Assembly (NCBI RefSeq): GCF_963921235.1
Contig: NC_086097.1
Coordinates: forward strand, 16,988,001 to 17,052,000
Reading direction: 5' to 3'
Length of the DNA stretch: 64,000 nt
DNA from: Mobula hypostoma
Lineage: Eukaryota
Within the stretch, counting starts at the first letter, position 1, and every line of letters starts with the position of its first letter. Shown here piece by piece: positions 51,044 through 62,381 of the stretch. The position numbers and the translations under genes are program-made. Under the pieces are notes generated by a model. That model was not told the origin of the DNA. It did not search any database and was given only the letters and a program-made list of their open reading frames with translations.

Positions 51044-51460
51044 ATGCTGGAGGAAATCAGCAGGAGGAGTTGCCTCATAGTGCCTGTTGTGGGTTCGATG
51101 TTGACCTGTGGATCTATTTGTGTAGATTTTGCACATTCTCACTTTGACCACATAGGCTTCCACTGGTGTCCCACCTTTTCACAATGTGCAAAAATTTGCC
51201 AGTAGTTTAACTGAGGATTGTAAGTTACCCTTTCATATAAGTGTCAGAGACTTCAAACAAGGAGCGAGTGGCCATGTGGGAGAGAAGAGGTTGAGGAGGA
51301 ATAGGGCAGATGAAATTGCTCTGCTGGAAGTTGGCATGGATCCTTTGGGCAAAATGGCCTTCCCTAATGTAAGAGAATTCTTCAAAGAGTTAATTTAATT
51401 TTGTTTAATATTTTTGAAACAAAACATTTCTTATCTAAAACCATTGTTTTTGGTTCCTAG

Positions 51461-51712
51461 GGAATAATTTTGTTAATGGCGTTAGGACTGTAAATCAATT
51501 TGCGACAATTCCCACCAATTCCCATTCTATGAAGTGTTTGCTGTGTGCTTCTGATAAGCTTAAAAATCTTGGGACAATGAGCATGAACCCAACCAGGAAT
51601 GAGGCCAAAATCAGCCAAAACAGTGCATGGGACCTGGGAGGGAAACAATAACATTGCAAAAACAGTCCTTCAGGCAACGGGGACTTTAAAGCTAAGTTTT
51701 GATACACATACT
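51461..51712 (+). other. Candidate exon with stops in all three frames
   Basis: Acceptor ttgtttttggttcctag and donor ACT|gtaagt in non-repeat sequence. Confidence 0.28.
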
Positions 51713-51784
51713 GTAAGTAACCGTTTTGAGCTCAGATATTTGTCACAGACGCACAAGAGATTTTGCAGATTCAGGAAATAATAA

Positions 51785-52275
51785 AACACTTGAAAATTTC
51801 TATAGATATTCCGTGGACAGCATGCTGACCAACTGCATCACCGTCTGGTATGGGGGGCTACTGCACAGGATTGAAATGAGCCGCAGAGAAATGTAAAATC
51901 AGTCATCTCCATCATAGGCAGTAGCCTCCATAGTATCCAAGACCTCTTCAAGGAGTAGGGCCTCAGGAAAGCGGCAGTCATAATTAAGGATCCCCACCAC
52001 CCAGGACATGCCCTCTTCTCATTGCTACCATCAGGAATGAGGTACAGAAGCCTGAAGACACACAGTTAATGATGCAGGAACTTCTTCCCCTCTTCCCCTC
52101 TGCCATTCAATTTCTGAATGGACATTGAAACTATGAACGCTTCCTCACTACTTATTAATTTCTGCTCTATTGTAATTCAGTTTTTTTCGATACTATCATG
52201 TATTGCGTTGCACTGCTGCCACAAAGTTAAAAAATTTCATGACATGTGCTGGTGATATTAAACCTGATTCTGAAT
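51785..52275 (+). mobile_element. Rex1-like LINE 3' end
   Basis: Similar to 47990-48560; 'aaacctgattctga' tail. Confidence 0.75.
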
Positions 52276-52283
52276 CCCGAGCC

Positions 52284-52404
52284 ACACACACAAAATGCTG
52301 GAGGAACTCTGCAGCTCAGGCAGCTTCTATAAAAAAGTATAAAGAATTGTTTTATTCTGTAGATGCTGCCAGACCTGCTGAGTTCCCCCAGCATTTTATA
52401 TGTG
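52284..52404. repeat. Fold-back repeat made of two inverted Penelope-tail ends
   Basis: 'cacacacaaaatgctggaggaactctgcagctcaggcagcttcta' pairs with 'tagatgctgccagacctgctgagttcccccagcattttatatgtg'. Confidence 0.8.
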
Positions 52405-52929
52405 CCACATATTGTTTCTTAAGTTACAAGTTTGTTTGTTGGTCACTGGTTGAGTCCCTGAGCTATAATGGAAAGCTCTAGGTGAACTCTGATCTTGATT
52501 TGTAGCCTGAAGCTGCTACAGCCAGTAGTATCATCTGGGACATGGGAGACTGATGCTAATATCCAGAGGAGATTGGCAGGATTTCCCACTCTCTTAGCCA
52601 ATGGGTGGAGTCATGTGGATAGAGAGAATGAAATAAATGTAAAGCTGTCGATCCTCTGTAAGAATGAAAGGAGAATGGTAACATGGTTTGAAGATACAAG
52701 GAGCCCACTTACTTGGAAACAAGATGCATCATTATCTCATCCACTAATTCCGAGCTATAAAATATAGCCAAATTATTGGATCATATCCCATCAATACCCA
52801 ATATAGCAGGCATTTAGAATGGACTAAATTCAAGGGTTCTCAGTGACATCTCCAACAATGTTTCACTGGGGGACAGATTATCTGTTTTCCTTTTAACAGC
52901 TGCCAAAGGGCTGTGTAAGATGTAAAAAC

Positions 52930-55886
52930 TCTGGGAGGCCTCAACTCTTCTTGATAACCACACCTGCATCAAGCTGCAGCTCCTCAGAGAATATGTTAAA
53001 GAGCTGGAGCTGCAGCTGGATGACCTTCAGCTCATACAGGAGAAAGAGGAGGTGATTGATAGGAGCTACAGGGAGGTAGACATCCCGAAGTTGCAGGAGG
53101 CCAATCGCTGGGTGACTGTCAGGAGGGGGAAAGGAAATGGGCAGCCAATGCTGAAAACCCCTATCGCTGTTCCCCTCAATAATAAGTATAGCGCTTTGGA
53201 AGCTGTTTGGTGGCGGGTGGGTGGTGGATGACCCACTGGGGGAAGCCACGGTGACCGGGTCTCTGGCGCTGAGATGGGCAGTGGGGAGAAGAGGAGTGCA
53301 GCAGTAAGTGATTCCATAGTTAGAGGAGCAGATAGGAGATTCTATCAACATGAAAAAGTATCTTGCCTCCCAGGTGCCATAGACAGGGATGCCTTGGATC
53401 TGGTCCACAGCATTCTAAACGGGGAGGGTGAACAACCAGAAGTCATGGTAAATGTTGGTAGCAATGACATAGGAAGGAAAAGCGAGGAGGATCTGAAGAG
53501 AAAATATAGAGAGTTATGTAGAACGCTGTAAAGCAGGACCTACAAGGAAGTAACCTTCCGATTGCTGCCTGTGTCACGCACCAGAGAAGGTAAGGATAGG
53601 AGGAATAGATTTATAGGTAAGATGAATAGGTAAGAATAGATTTAGCTGATGAGTACATGGCTGAGGAACTGGTGCAGGGGGCATGATTTCAGATTTCTGG
53701 ATCATTGGGATCTCTTCTGGGTAAGATATGACCAGTACAAATGGTACAAATTACACTTGAACCCAAGGGGGATCAATATCCTTGCTGTTGGGAAGGGTTT
53801 AAGCTAATTTGGCAGGGGGATGGGAACAGGATGGGTTGAGGTTGAGGTAGTTGGTATACAAGTGATGCAATGAGCCGTGAGACCCTGAGGAAAGACAGGC
53901 AAATCATAGGGCAAAATTGCAGTTGGTGGGATGAGTTAAAGTGTAATAAGGGGCCAAAATTGCAAAGGGTGGTGAATACAGGATTGAAGGTGTTACATTT
54001 GAATGGCATGCAGTATACAGAGTAAGCTAGTTGATATTGTAGCACAGTTAGAGATTGGCATATATGATGCTGTGGGCATGGCTGAATGAAGATGATAGTT
54101 GGGACCTTATCATCCAAGGATACACATTGAATGGTTGGAGCTAAAGATGGTGCCAGAGCACGACTTTTCTCAACTCACAGTGAAACATATAAATTCTTCC
54201 TATTCTAATGCCCCTATTTTCTTTTAGAGGGTGGCTGGAATCCTGTCGGGATCTATGATCTACAGTGGCACTCAAAACAGTGGTTCTGCATGACAGTGTG
54301 TTCCCGTTATTGGAGCTCACCAACTGGCCGCGTTTCGGTCGGCCTGAAGTCGGGCACATTTGGGGCTTTGTGCGGCCTCTGTGGACATGAATTCTTGCTG
54401 GTGTCGCATACCGCAGCATAGCATGATACGGAACATTGAAGACAGTGTGAGTATCTGTTGGAGAGCTCTGCACTCGGCGATCTATCGATCTCTCTCTCAC
54501 TCTCTCTCCTGATGGAGAGGGCGAGCTTAATGCTGATTCTCGAGTTGGGGGAATTTGAAATAAAAAGCAACATTCCAGGCTGACTAACATCGAAATAGTG
54601 AATGTTGTCTCCCCTCTCACTGTGGAAGAAGCGATACCTGTCTCTCCCTTAGGAAAGACCATAAGACTATAAGGTATAGGAGTAGAATTAGGCCATTTGA
54701 CCCATTGGGTCTGCTCCGCTATTTCATCATGGCTGATCCAATTTTCTTCTCAGTCCCATTCTCCTGCATATTCCCCGTATCCCTTGATGCCCTGACTAAT
54801 CAAGAATTCATCAACCTCTGTCTTAAATATACATAAAGACTTGGCCTCCACAGCTGTCTGTGGCAACAAATTCCACAGAGTCACCATTCTCTGGCTAAAG
54901 AAATTTCTCCTCATCTCCGTTTTAAAAGGATGCCCCTCGATTCTGAAGCTGTGTTCCCTGGTCTTAGACACACACACCATAGGAAACATCCACTCTATCA
55001 AGTCATTTAAATGAGGTCACCCCTCATTCATCTGAATTCTGGTGAATACAGGCCCAGAGCCATCAAACGCTCTTCATATGACAAGCCATTCAATCCTGGA
55101 ATCATTTTCGTGAACCTACTTTGATCATTTTCCAGTTTCAGTACATCCTTTCTATATACTGTACAGATCTCCCTACAGCAGCCAGGATGTGGGATACAAA
55201 TTACATTTGTGGAGATATAAAAGGCATGTAAAAAGGGTAGCATTACGATTGTTACAATAGTGATGTAGTGGTGGGGCATTTCAATATGCAGGTGGATTGG
55301 AAAAATCAGGTTGGTGCTGGATCTCAAGAAAGGGAATTAGTGGAATACCTATGAGACAGATTTTTAGAGCAGCTTGTGGTTGAACTCACTAGAGGAAAGG
55401 CAATTCTAGATTGGGTATTGTGTAATGAAGCATATTTGATTAGGTTAAAATACCCTTAGCGGCCAGTCACCATTATATGATAGAATACTCATGCAGTTCG
55501 AAAGGGAGAAGATAAAGACAGATGTATCAGTATTACAGTGGAGTAAATGGAATTGCTGAGGCAAGTGAGAGGGGCTGGCCAAAATTGATTGAACGGGGAC
55601 ATTAGCAGGGATGATAGCAGAACAGCAATGGCTGGAATTTCGGTGGCATTTCGAAAGATGCAGGATAGATACATCCCAAAGATGAAGACGATTCTAAAGG
55701 GAAGATGAAGCATCCATGGTTGAGATAGCAAGACAAAGATAGGATAAAATGAAAAGAGAAGGCATATAATGTGGCAAAAATTAGTGGGAAGTGGAAGGAT
55801 TGGGAAGCTTTATAAATCAACAGAAGGTTACTAAAAACAATAGGGAGAGAAAAGATGAAATATGAAGATACATTTGCCAATAATAT
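52930..55886 (+). mobile_element. CR1 LINE 5' region: ORF1 (coiled coil + SGNH esterase-like) and ORF2 start, interrupted by other repeats at about 54135-55150
   Basis: 'SDSIVRGADRRF..SCLPGA..PEVMVNVGSNDIGR'; endonuclease-region similarity to the reverse complement of 6800-7900. Confidence 0.8.
54657..55152 (-). mobile_element. CR1 3' fragment
   Basis: 'FKTEMRRNFFSQRMVTLWNLLPQTAVEA'. Confidence 0.8.
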
Positions 55887-56556
55887 TGTAGGGTAATGTA
55901 TTTGGTGGAAACATATATAATTCACAACCACCGACACTGAGTTGGGGTTCACTTTAAGAGGTTGGTCTGATGTGATAATGTAATTGCCTGAAGTTCGATT
56001 ACCGTGCTTTGTGTTCACGTTTTGGAGTACAAGAATTGTCATGGTTTTTCTTAAACATAAAATGCTTCACGTTGCTTTATTTGCCAAAGCCTACAATGAT
56101 GACCCCGATGCCCCACGACAATTTCAGAGTTATTGAACATATTGGTCAATACAGTCACTTTGAAACTCCTCGAATTTTGGGAGCAAAATGCTGTTGCTTG
56201 GTTTGTACAAGCCAAGGCCCAATTCGCGCTGCGAGAAATCTCTGCCGATAACACCAAATATTTCTGTGTGGTAGCATTGTCCAGCAACTCTACAGTTGTA
56301 AGAGTGGTGAGTCTACCTGAACACGATAAATACTGATCGCTGAAAACTCAACTTTTGCAAACTTTTGGACTATCGGAGTCTGAGCGTGACAAACAATTCC
56401 TCTCCTTGCCCAGCCTTGTCGATGCTAAGCCTTCAGAGCTAATGGACTACATGCTGTCTCTCCTTGGAAATCACCATCCTCATTTTATTTTTTAAGAATT
56501 CTTCATGCAGCAAATGCCTGATCAAGTTATCTTAGCCCCCGCTAATGCACCCATGA

Positions 56557-57289
56557 TCTATTTCTATATTTGATATCTCTTTTCTTCCTTTTCAAGTTTC
56601 TTTTGAAGACCCTGACCTGGAGTTACATGTTGACTTTGGTTTTTTCGGAAATGGGACCTGCTCTGGGGGCCTCACGACCGGCCATTTTTTGATATGCCAA
56701 GGATGCAGCCTAGAAGACTAATGTGCCTTCAGGGTGCTGGATTTTTGTGGTTCTGGAGGCGAGCAGATTCAAGGCCGGTGTCCCATTGCCTGGCGCGTTG
56801 TGGGAGATGGAAGATCAAAAGCAGCAAGCTGGCTGTGTGCCCAGGGACCCAGATTCTTTGGGCACGGAGCTTGGAAAAAGTGACACAGCAGACTTTTAAC
56901 TCCATAAATCAGCGAGTTGCTTTGTTATGTCTCCCCTCTCACTGTGAAATGGGGACACCTCTTTTTCCCTTATTAGGGAGTGAGAGAGAGCCTGTGGTAT
57001 GTTTAATACCAGGTGAACGAGTATTCTGCAAGTCTGTGTCTTTATTGTTGCTTTGCTGCATGCTTGAGTGCTCGGTGGGGGTGCCGATTCTTTCTTGCTG
57101 GTGGGGAGGTGGGTGTGGGGTAGTTGTTTTGCTGCTGTTTATGCATGGGAGGAGGGGCTTGGGGTTCTAACATTTAACTGTCATTCATTCTTTGGGGCAC
57201 TCCTCTGTTTTTGTGGATGTTTGCGAAGAAGAAGAATTTCAGGATGTATGTTGTATATATTTCTCTGACATTAAATGTGCCTATTGAAA
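56557..57289 (+). repeat. Non-autonomous retroposon inserted in Gypsy gag
   Basis: Probable TSD ccatga at 56551-56556 and 57290-57295; 'gaagaagaatttcaggatgtatg' tail; shares 'gtctcccctctcactgtg' with about 54607. Confidence 0.65.
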
Positions 57290-57470
57290 CCATGAAGGAT
57301 TATAGGGAGCTTGCTAAAATGGCTGCTAGATTACACTCAGCCTGGTGGATGTGCATAATTCCTCCTCCTTTCCCTGCCTCAATATGTCCTGTCAAAAAGG
57401 CCTCCAAGCAGATCATATAAAAGTTGCTGGTGAACGCAGCAGGCCAGGCAGCATCTCTAGGAAGAGGTGC

Positions 57471-57506
57471 AGTCGACGTTTCAGGCCAAGACCCTTCGTC
57501 AGGACT
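57471..57506 (-). ncRNA. Minimal hammerhead ribozyme motif
   Basis: Reverse complement is agtcCTGACGAagggtcttggcctGAAAcGTCgact. Confidence 0.8.
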
Positions 57507-59591
57507 AACTGAAGGAAGAGTGAGTAAGAGATTTGAAAGTTGGAGGGGGAGGGGGAGATCCAAAATGATAGGAGAAGACAGGAGGGGGAGGGATAGAACC
57601 AAGAGCTGGACAGGTGATAGGCAAAAGGGATACGAGAGGATCATGGGACAGGAGGTCTGGGAAGAAAGACAAGGGGGGGGGACCCAGAGGATGGGCAAGG
57701 GGTATATTCAGAGGGACAGAGGGAGAAAAAGGAGAGTGAGAGAAAGAAGGTATGTATAAAAATAAGTAACAGAGGGGGTACGAGGGGGAGGTGGGGCATT
57801 AGCGGAAGTTAGAGAAGTCGATGTTCATGCCATCAGGTTGGAGGCTACCCAGACAGAATATAAGGTGTTGTTCCTCCAACCTGAGTGTGGTTTCATCTTT
57901 ACAGTAGAGGAGGCCGTGGATAGACATGTCAGAATGGGAATGGGATGTGGAATTAAAATGTGTGGCCACTGGGAGATCCTGCTTTCTCTGGCGGACAGAG
58001 CGTAGGTGTTCAGCAAAACGGTCTCCCAGTCTGCGTCGGGTCTCGCCAATATATAAAAGGCCACATCGGGAGCACCGGACGCAGTATATCACCCCAGCCG
58101 ACTCACAGGTGAAATGTTGCCTCACCCGGAAGGACTGTTTGGGGCCCTGAATGGTGGTAAGGGAGGAAGTGTAAGGGCATGTGTAGCACTTGTTCCGCTT
58201 ACACGAATAAGTGCCAGGAGGGAGATCAGTGGGGAGGGATGGGGGGGGACGAATGGACAGGGGAGTCGCGTAGGGGGCGATCCCTGCGGAATGCCGGGGG
58301 CGGGGAGGGAAAGATGTGCTTAGTGGTGGGATCCCGTTGGAGGTGGCGGAAGTTACGGAGAATAATATGTTGGACCCAGAGGCTGGTGGGGTGGTAGGTG
58401 AGGACCAGGGGAACCCTATTCCTAGTGGGGCGGTGGGAGGATGGAGTGAGAGCAGATGTACGTGAAATGGGGGAGATGAGTTTAAGAGCAGAGTTGATAG
58501 TGGAGGAAGGGAAGCCCCTTTCTTTAAAAAGGGAAGACATCTCCCTCGTCCTAGAATGAAAAGCCTCATCCTGAGAGCAGATGCGGTGGAGACGGAGGAA
58601 TTGCGAGAAGGGGATGGCGTTTTTGCAAGAGACAGGGTGAGAAGAGGAATAGTCCAGATAGCTGTGAGAGTCAGTAGGCTTATAGTAGACATCAGTGGAT
58701 AAGCTGTCTCCAGAGACAGAGACAGAAAGATCTAGAAAGGGGAGGGAGGTGTCGGAAATGGACCAGGTAAACTTGAGGGCAGGGTGAAAGTTGGAGGCAA
58801 AGTTAATAAAGTCAACGAGCTCTGCATGCGTGCAGGAAGCAGCGCCAATGCAGTCGTCGATGTAGCGAAGGAAAAGTGGGGGACAGATACCAGAATAGGC
58901 ATGGAACATAGATTGTTCCACAAAGCCAACAAAAAGGCAGGCATAGCTAGGACCCATATGGGTGCCCATAGCTACACCTTTAGTTTGGAGGAAGTGGGAG
59001 GAGCCAAAGGAGAAATTATTAAGAGTAAGGACTAATTCCGCTAGACGGAGCAGAGTGGTGGTAGAGGGGAACTGATTAGGTCTGGAATCCAAAAAGAAGC
59101 GGAGAGCTTTGAGACCTTCCTGATGGGGGATGGAAGTATATAGGGACTGGACATCCATGGTGAAAATAAAGTGGTGGGGGCCAGGGAACTTAAAATCATC
59201 GAAAAGTTTAAGAGCGTGAGAAGTGTCACGAACATAAGTAGGAAGGGATTGAACATTGACTTCTCTAACTTACGCTCATCGACTTCTCTAACTTCCGCCA
59301 ATGCCCCACCTCCCCCTCGTACCCCATCTGTTACTTATTTTTATACACACATTCTTTCTCTCACTCTCCTTTTTCTCCCTCTGTCCCTCTGAATATACCT
59401 CTTGCCCATCCTCTGGGCCCCCCCCCCGTCTTTCTTCCCGGACCTCCTGTCCCATGATCCTCTCATATCCCTTTTGCCTATCACCTGTCCAGCTCTCGGC
59501 TCTATCCCTCCCCCTCCTGTCTTCTCCTATCATTTTGGATCTCCCCCTCCCCCTCCAACTTTCAAATCCCTTACTCACTCTTCCTTCAGTT

Positions 59592-59627
59592 AGTCCTGAC
59601 GAAGGGTCTCGGCCTGAAACGTCGACT
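59592..59627 (+). ncRNA. Minimal hammerhead ribozyme motif
   Basis: agtcCTGACGAagggtctcggcctGAAAcGTCgact, identical to 5591-5626. Confidence 0.8.
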
Positions 59628-60802
59628 GCACCTCTTCCTAGAGATGCTGCCTGGCCTGCTGCGTTCACCAGCAACTTTGATGTGTGTTGCTTGAATTTCC
59701 AGCATCGGCAGAATTCCTGTTGTTTCCAAGCAGATCATGCCAGGTCTGCGTTTTACCACGCTCACTTTGCTACGAATGCTAGGAAGTGCCTACCACCTTG
59801 CAACTTCAACAGTGCCAGTGCATCGGGACTTCAGCGAACACTGTGGGTTCCAGCTGCCAAGGATGTCTACTGTTCATTATGGACACCCTTTCAGAGTGAT
59901 GCTTCCTGTGTGACACAGGTGCTCAAGTGAGTGTGCTGCTGGCATCGGCTGTTGATGAGAAGGCCTGTTGATGATGGAGCCTTGTTGGAGGATGCCAATG
60001 GCAACAGGATCCAGACTAATGGGACACGATATTCTGCTTCTGTGGGTGACATTACACATGAAGACTTTGTCCTGGCTAAAGAGGCTAGAACTCTGCTTGG
60101 TGTAGATTTTCTGTGAGCCAAGGACTGTTAGTCAATCTTAAAAACTGCTGGCCTGTGGATTTCAAGGACCTTGGGTCATTACTTGGCTCCGCAAGTAAGT
60201 TCCACGCAATGACTCTGTCAAGCACATGCGCCACCACATGTGAGTTTACTCAACTGTTGGGCGAATTCCCAGACCTCACCAAGCCCACATTCTCCATTAC
60301 AGTCACAAAACATGGGGTCGAGCATCATATTTCCACAGCTGGCCCACCAGTCCACGCCCATGCATGTAGACTGGGTGCAGAAAGGCTGACAACAGGGAAG
60401 GCTGAGTTTGGCAACATGGAAAGACTTGGCAGTGTATGCTGGTTAAATAGCTCCTGGGTTTCACCCCTCTATATTGTCCCTAAGTCCAATTGTGGTTGCC
60501 GCTCATGTGGCGATTGCCAATGCCCGAACAAGGTCACCACCCCGATCACTACTTGGTCCCACATATCCAGTATCTCTCAGCACGTTTAGCCGGAAAGTTA
60601 ATGTTTTTCCAAAGTCAACTTGGTTAGAGGTCACCATCAGGCACCTATGTGTTGGGAGGACATTCTCAAAATGAATGTGATAATCCCATTTAGCATCTTT
60701 GAGTTTCTGCAGATGTTGTTTGGGCTGTCAAATGCAGCACAGGCTTTCCAATGGCTGTCCAGGACTCTGTATTAAAAGACCTAGTCTTTCTTTTTGTCTG
60801 AA

Positions 60803-60945
60803 TTGTGGAGCTCAGCAGGCAGAGTCCTGTCGAAGGGTTTCAGCCTGAAACGTCGACCGTACTTTTTTCCATAGAGACTGCCTGTCCTGCTGAGTTCCTC
60901 CAGCATTTTGTGTGTGTTGCTCGGATTTCCAGCATCGGCAGATTT
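60803..60945 (+). repeat. Short Penelope-tail-derived insertion in Gypsy RT
   Basis: 'agtcctgtcgaagggtttcagcctgaaacgtcgac..cagcattttgtgtgtg'; mutated hammerhead core (CTGTCGA). Confidence 0.75.
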
Positions 60946-61518
60946 TCTTTTGGTTTACCTGGATGTCATACTTGTCACCGGTGCATCCAAATCCGCACAC
61001 TTTTTGAGCACTTAACCCAAGACGGGTTGAATACTAACCCTGCTAATTAACCCAGTTTGGGTTGTCAACCATTGACTTTCCCGGCCATCACATCTCTGGA
61101 GAAGGTGTGAAACCTCTCCCATCAAAGGTAGCCACTAGTATGGATTTTCCACCACCTCACACAACTAAAAAACTACAGGAGTTTTCAGATATGGTGAATT
61201 TTTAATGACCACTTCATTTCACTAGCTGCCGAAATTATGCTCCCTCTGTATAGTGCGCTCAAAGGTAATACCCCGGTCACGTGCTTGGCTGGTCAGTGGA
61301 CATGACCGGGGCATTTGATGATACCAAACGAGCTCTTTCCAGCACAACCCTACTGGCGAACCCACTCCCCAACGCACCCATAGCCATTACTGTTGACACT
61401 TCAGACTATGCTGTTGGTGCTGTTCACAAACAGTTGGTCAGAGGTATGTGGCAGCCACTCACCTACTTCAGCCAGCATTTCTTTCCCCAGTTTCTACAGT
61501 TTCTATCTGGCTGTACAC

Positions 61519-62381
61519 TGTTACGTACCCCGTAATTGGGTTGCCAAACCAGCAGAAATGGATCACTCAGTTGGAGTCTGGATTACTAGATCTAAGAAAG
61601 TTTTATTAAAGAAACAAGCAACACAGTAATCGAAAGGATAATAAATGCAACAGTTCAGCAATGACAAACACACATGTGCACAGAATTAAGATAACAGGAT
61701 CAATCAAACTCTATCGTTGTCTAGGGGTAAATGACCAATTTCAAAGTGACACAAAGTCCAGTTCAATTTAGTTCAGTTCGCAGTAATCGTTGCCATGGCG
61801 ATGGACAATGTGGGGGGAAGGAGAGAGAGAACAAGAACGAATGATCATTCAGAATGGCTTCCACTCACAGCCCTGCGATATGGCTCACAAGCAGCTTTTG
61901 GGCGGGTCCTTTGTGATGTCACCTGAGGTCACCGACTGTGACCCCTCCTCCAGATGCGGTCGATCCTCTGCAGTGAACCCGGCACCCAAGCGAGGGTGGA
62001 CACACACCGGGTTCCCGCTGATCGTACCTTTCCACCCTGTGCGTCTATGGCTTGGTTCCGCAACCAGCCTTCCAAAACGACTCCCGCCGACTTGCGGGGG
62101 GGCACCGCTTCCAGGGTCTCGTTACCTCGTGGTGTCGTGTGTGTCCTGCCTTAGCGAACCTGTCCCTTTTTATTCCCCTGCTGGGGTATCGCCTGTCCAT
62201 CACTTCAAACAGTTCAGGGTTCAAAGGGGGAGCCGCTCTAGATAGCTCTCTCTTCTGTCCCTTCATTACACATCTCCAAATGCTGCTCCATTGTCTTCCT
62301 TATCTCTCTCTCTCCCGAAGACAGGTGGCAGACCAACGCTGATCACACAGGACAGCTAACATCTATGTGTATTCTGTCACA
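61519..62381 (-). mobile_element. Solo LTR (863 bp) of another LTR family inside the Gypsy RNaseH region
   Basis: TGTTAC..GTCACA termini; 4-bp TSD acac at 61515-61518 and 62382-62385; AATAAA on the minus strand near 61602; no coding remnant. Confidence 0.85.

Larger units (their letters stand above)
57417..59724 (-). mobile_element. Penelope-like element (RT 58226-59158, GIY-YIG ending 57799) with inverted terminal arm (about 59250-59724, + strand)
   Basis: 'MDVQSLYTSIPH..GVAMGTHMGPSYA..FLRYIDDC', Cys linker 'CKRNKCYTC', 'VIYC..LYIGET'; 14-bp TSD tccaagcagatcat at 57403-57416 and 59725-59738. Confidence 0.95.

Noticed and set aside
57799..59158. Intact or domesticated RT/GIY-YIG gene
   Set aside because: 5'-truncated, frameshifted between RT and endonuclease in a C run, and bounded by a TSD; an ordinary dead copy
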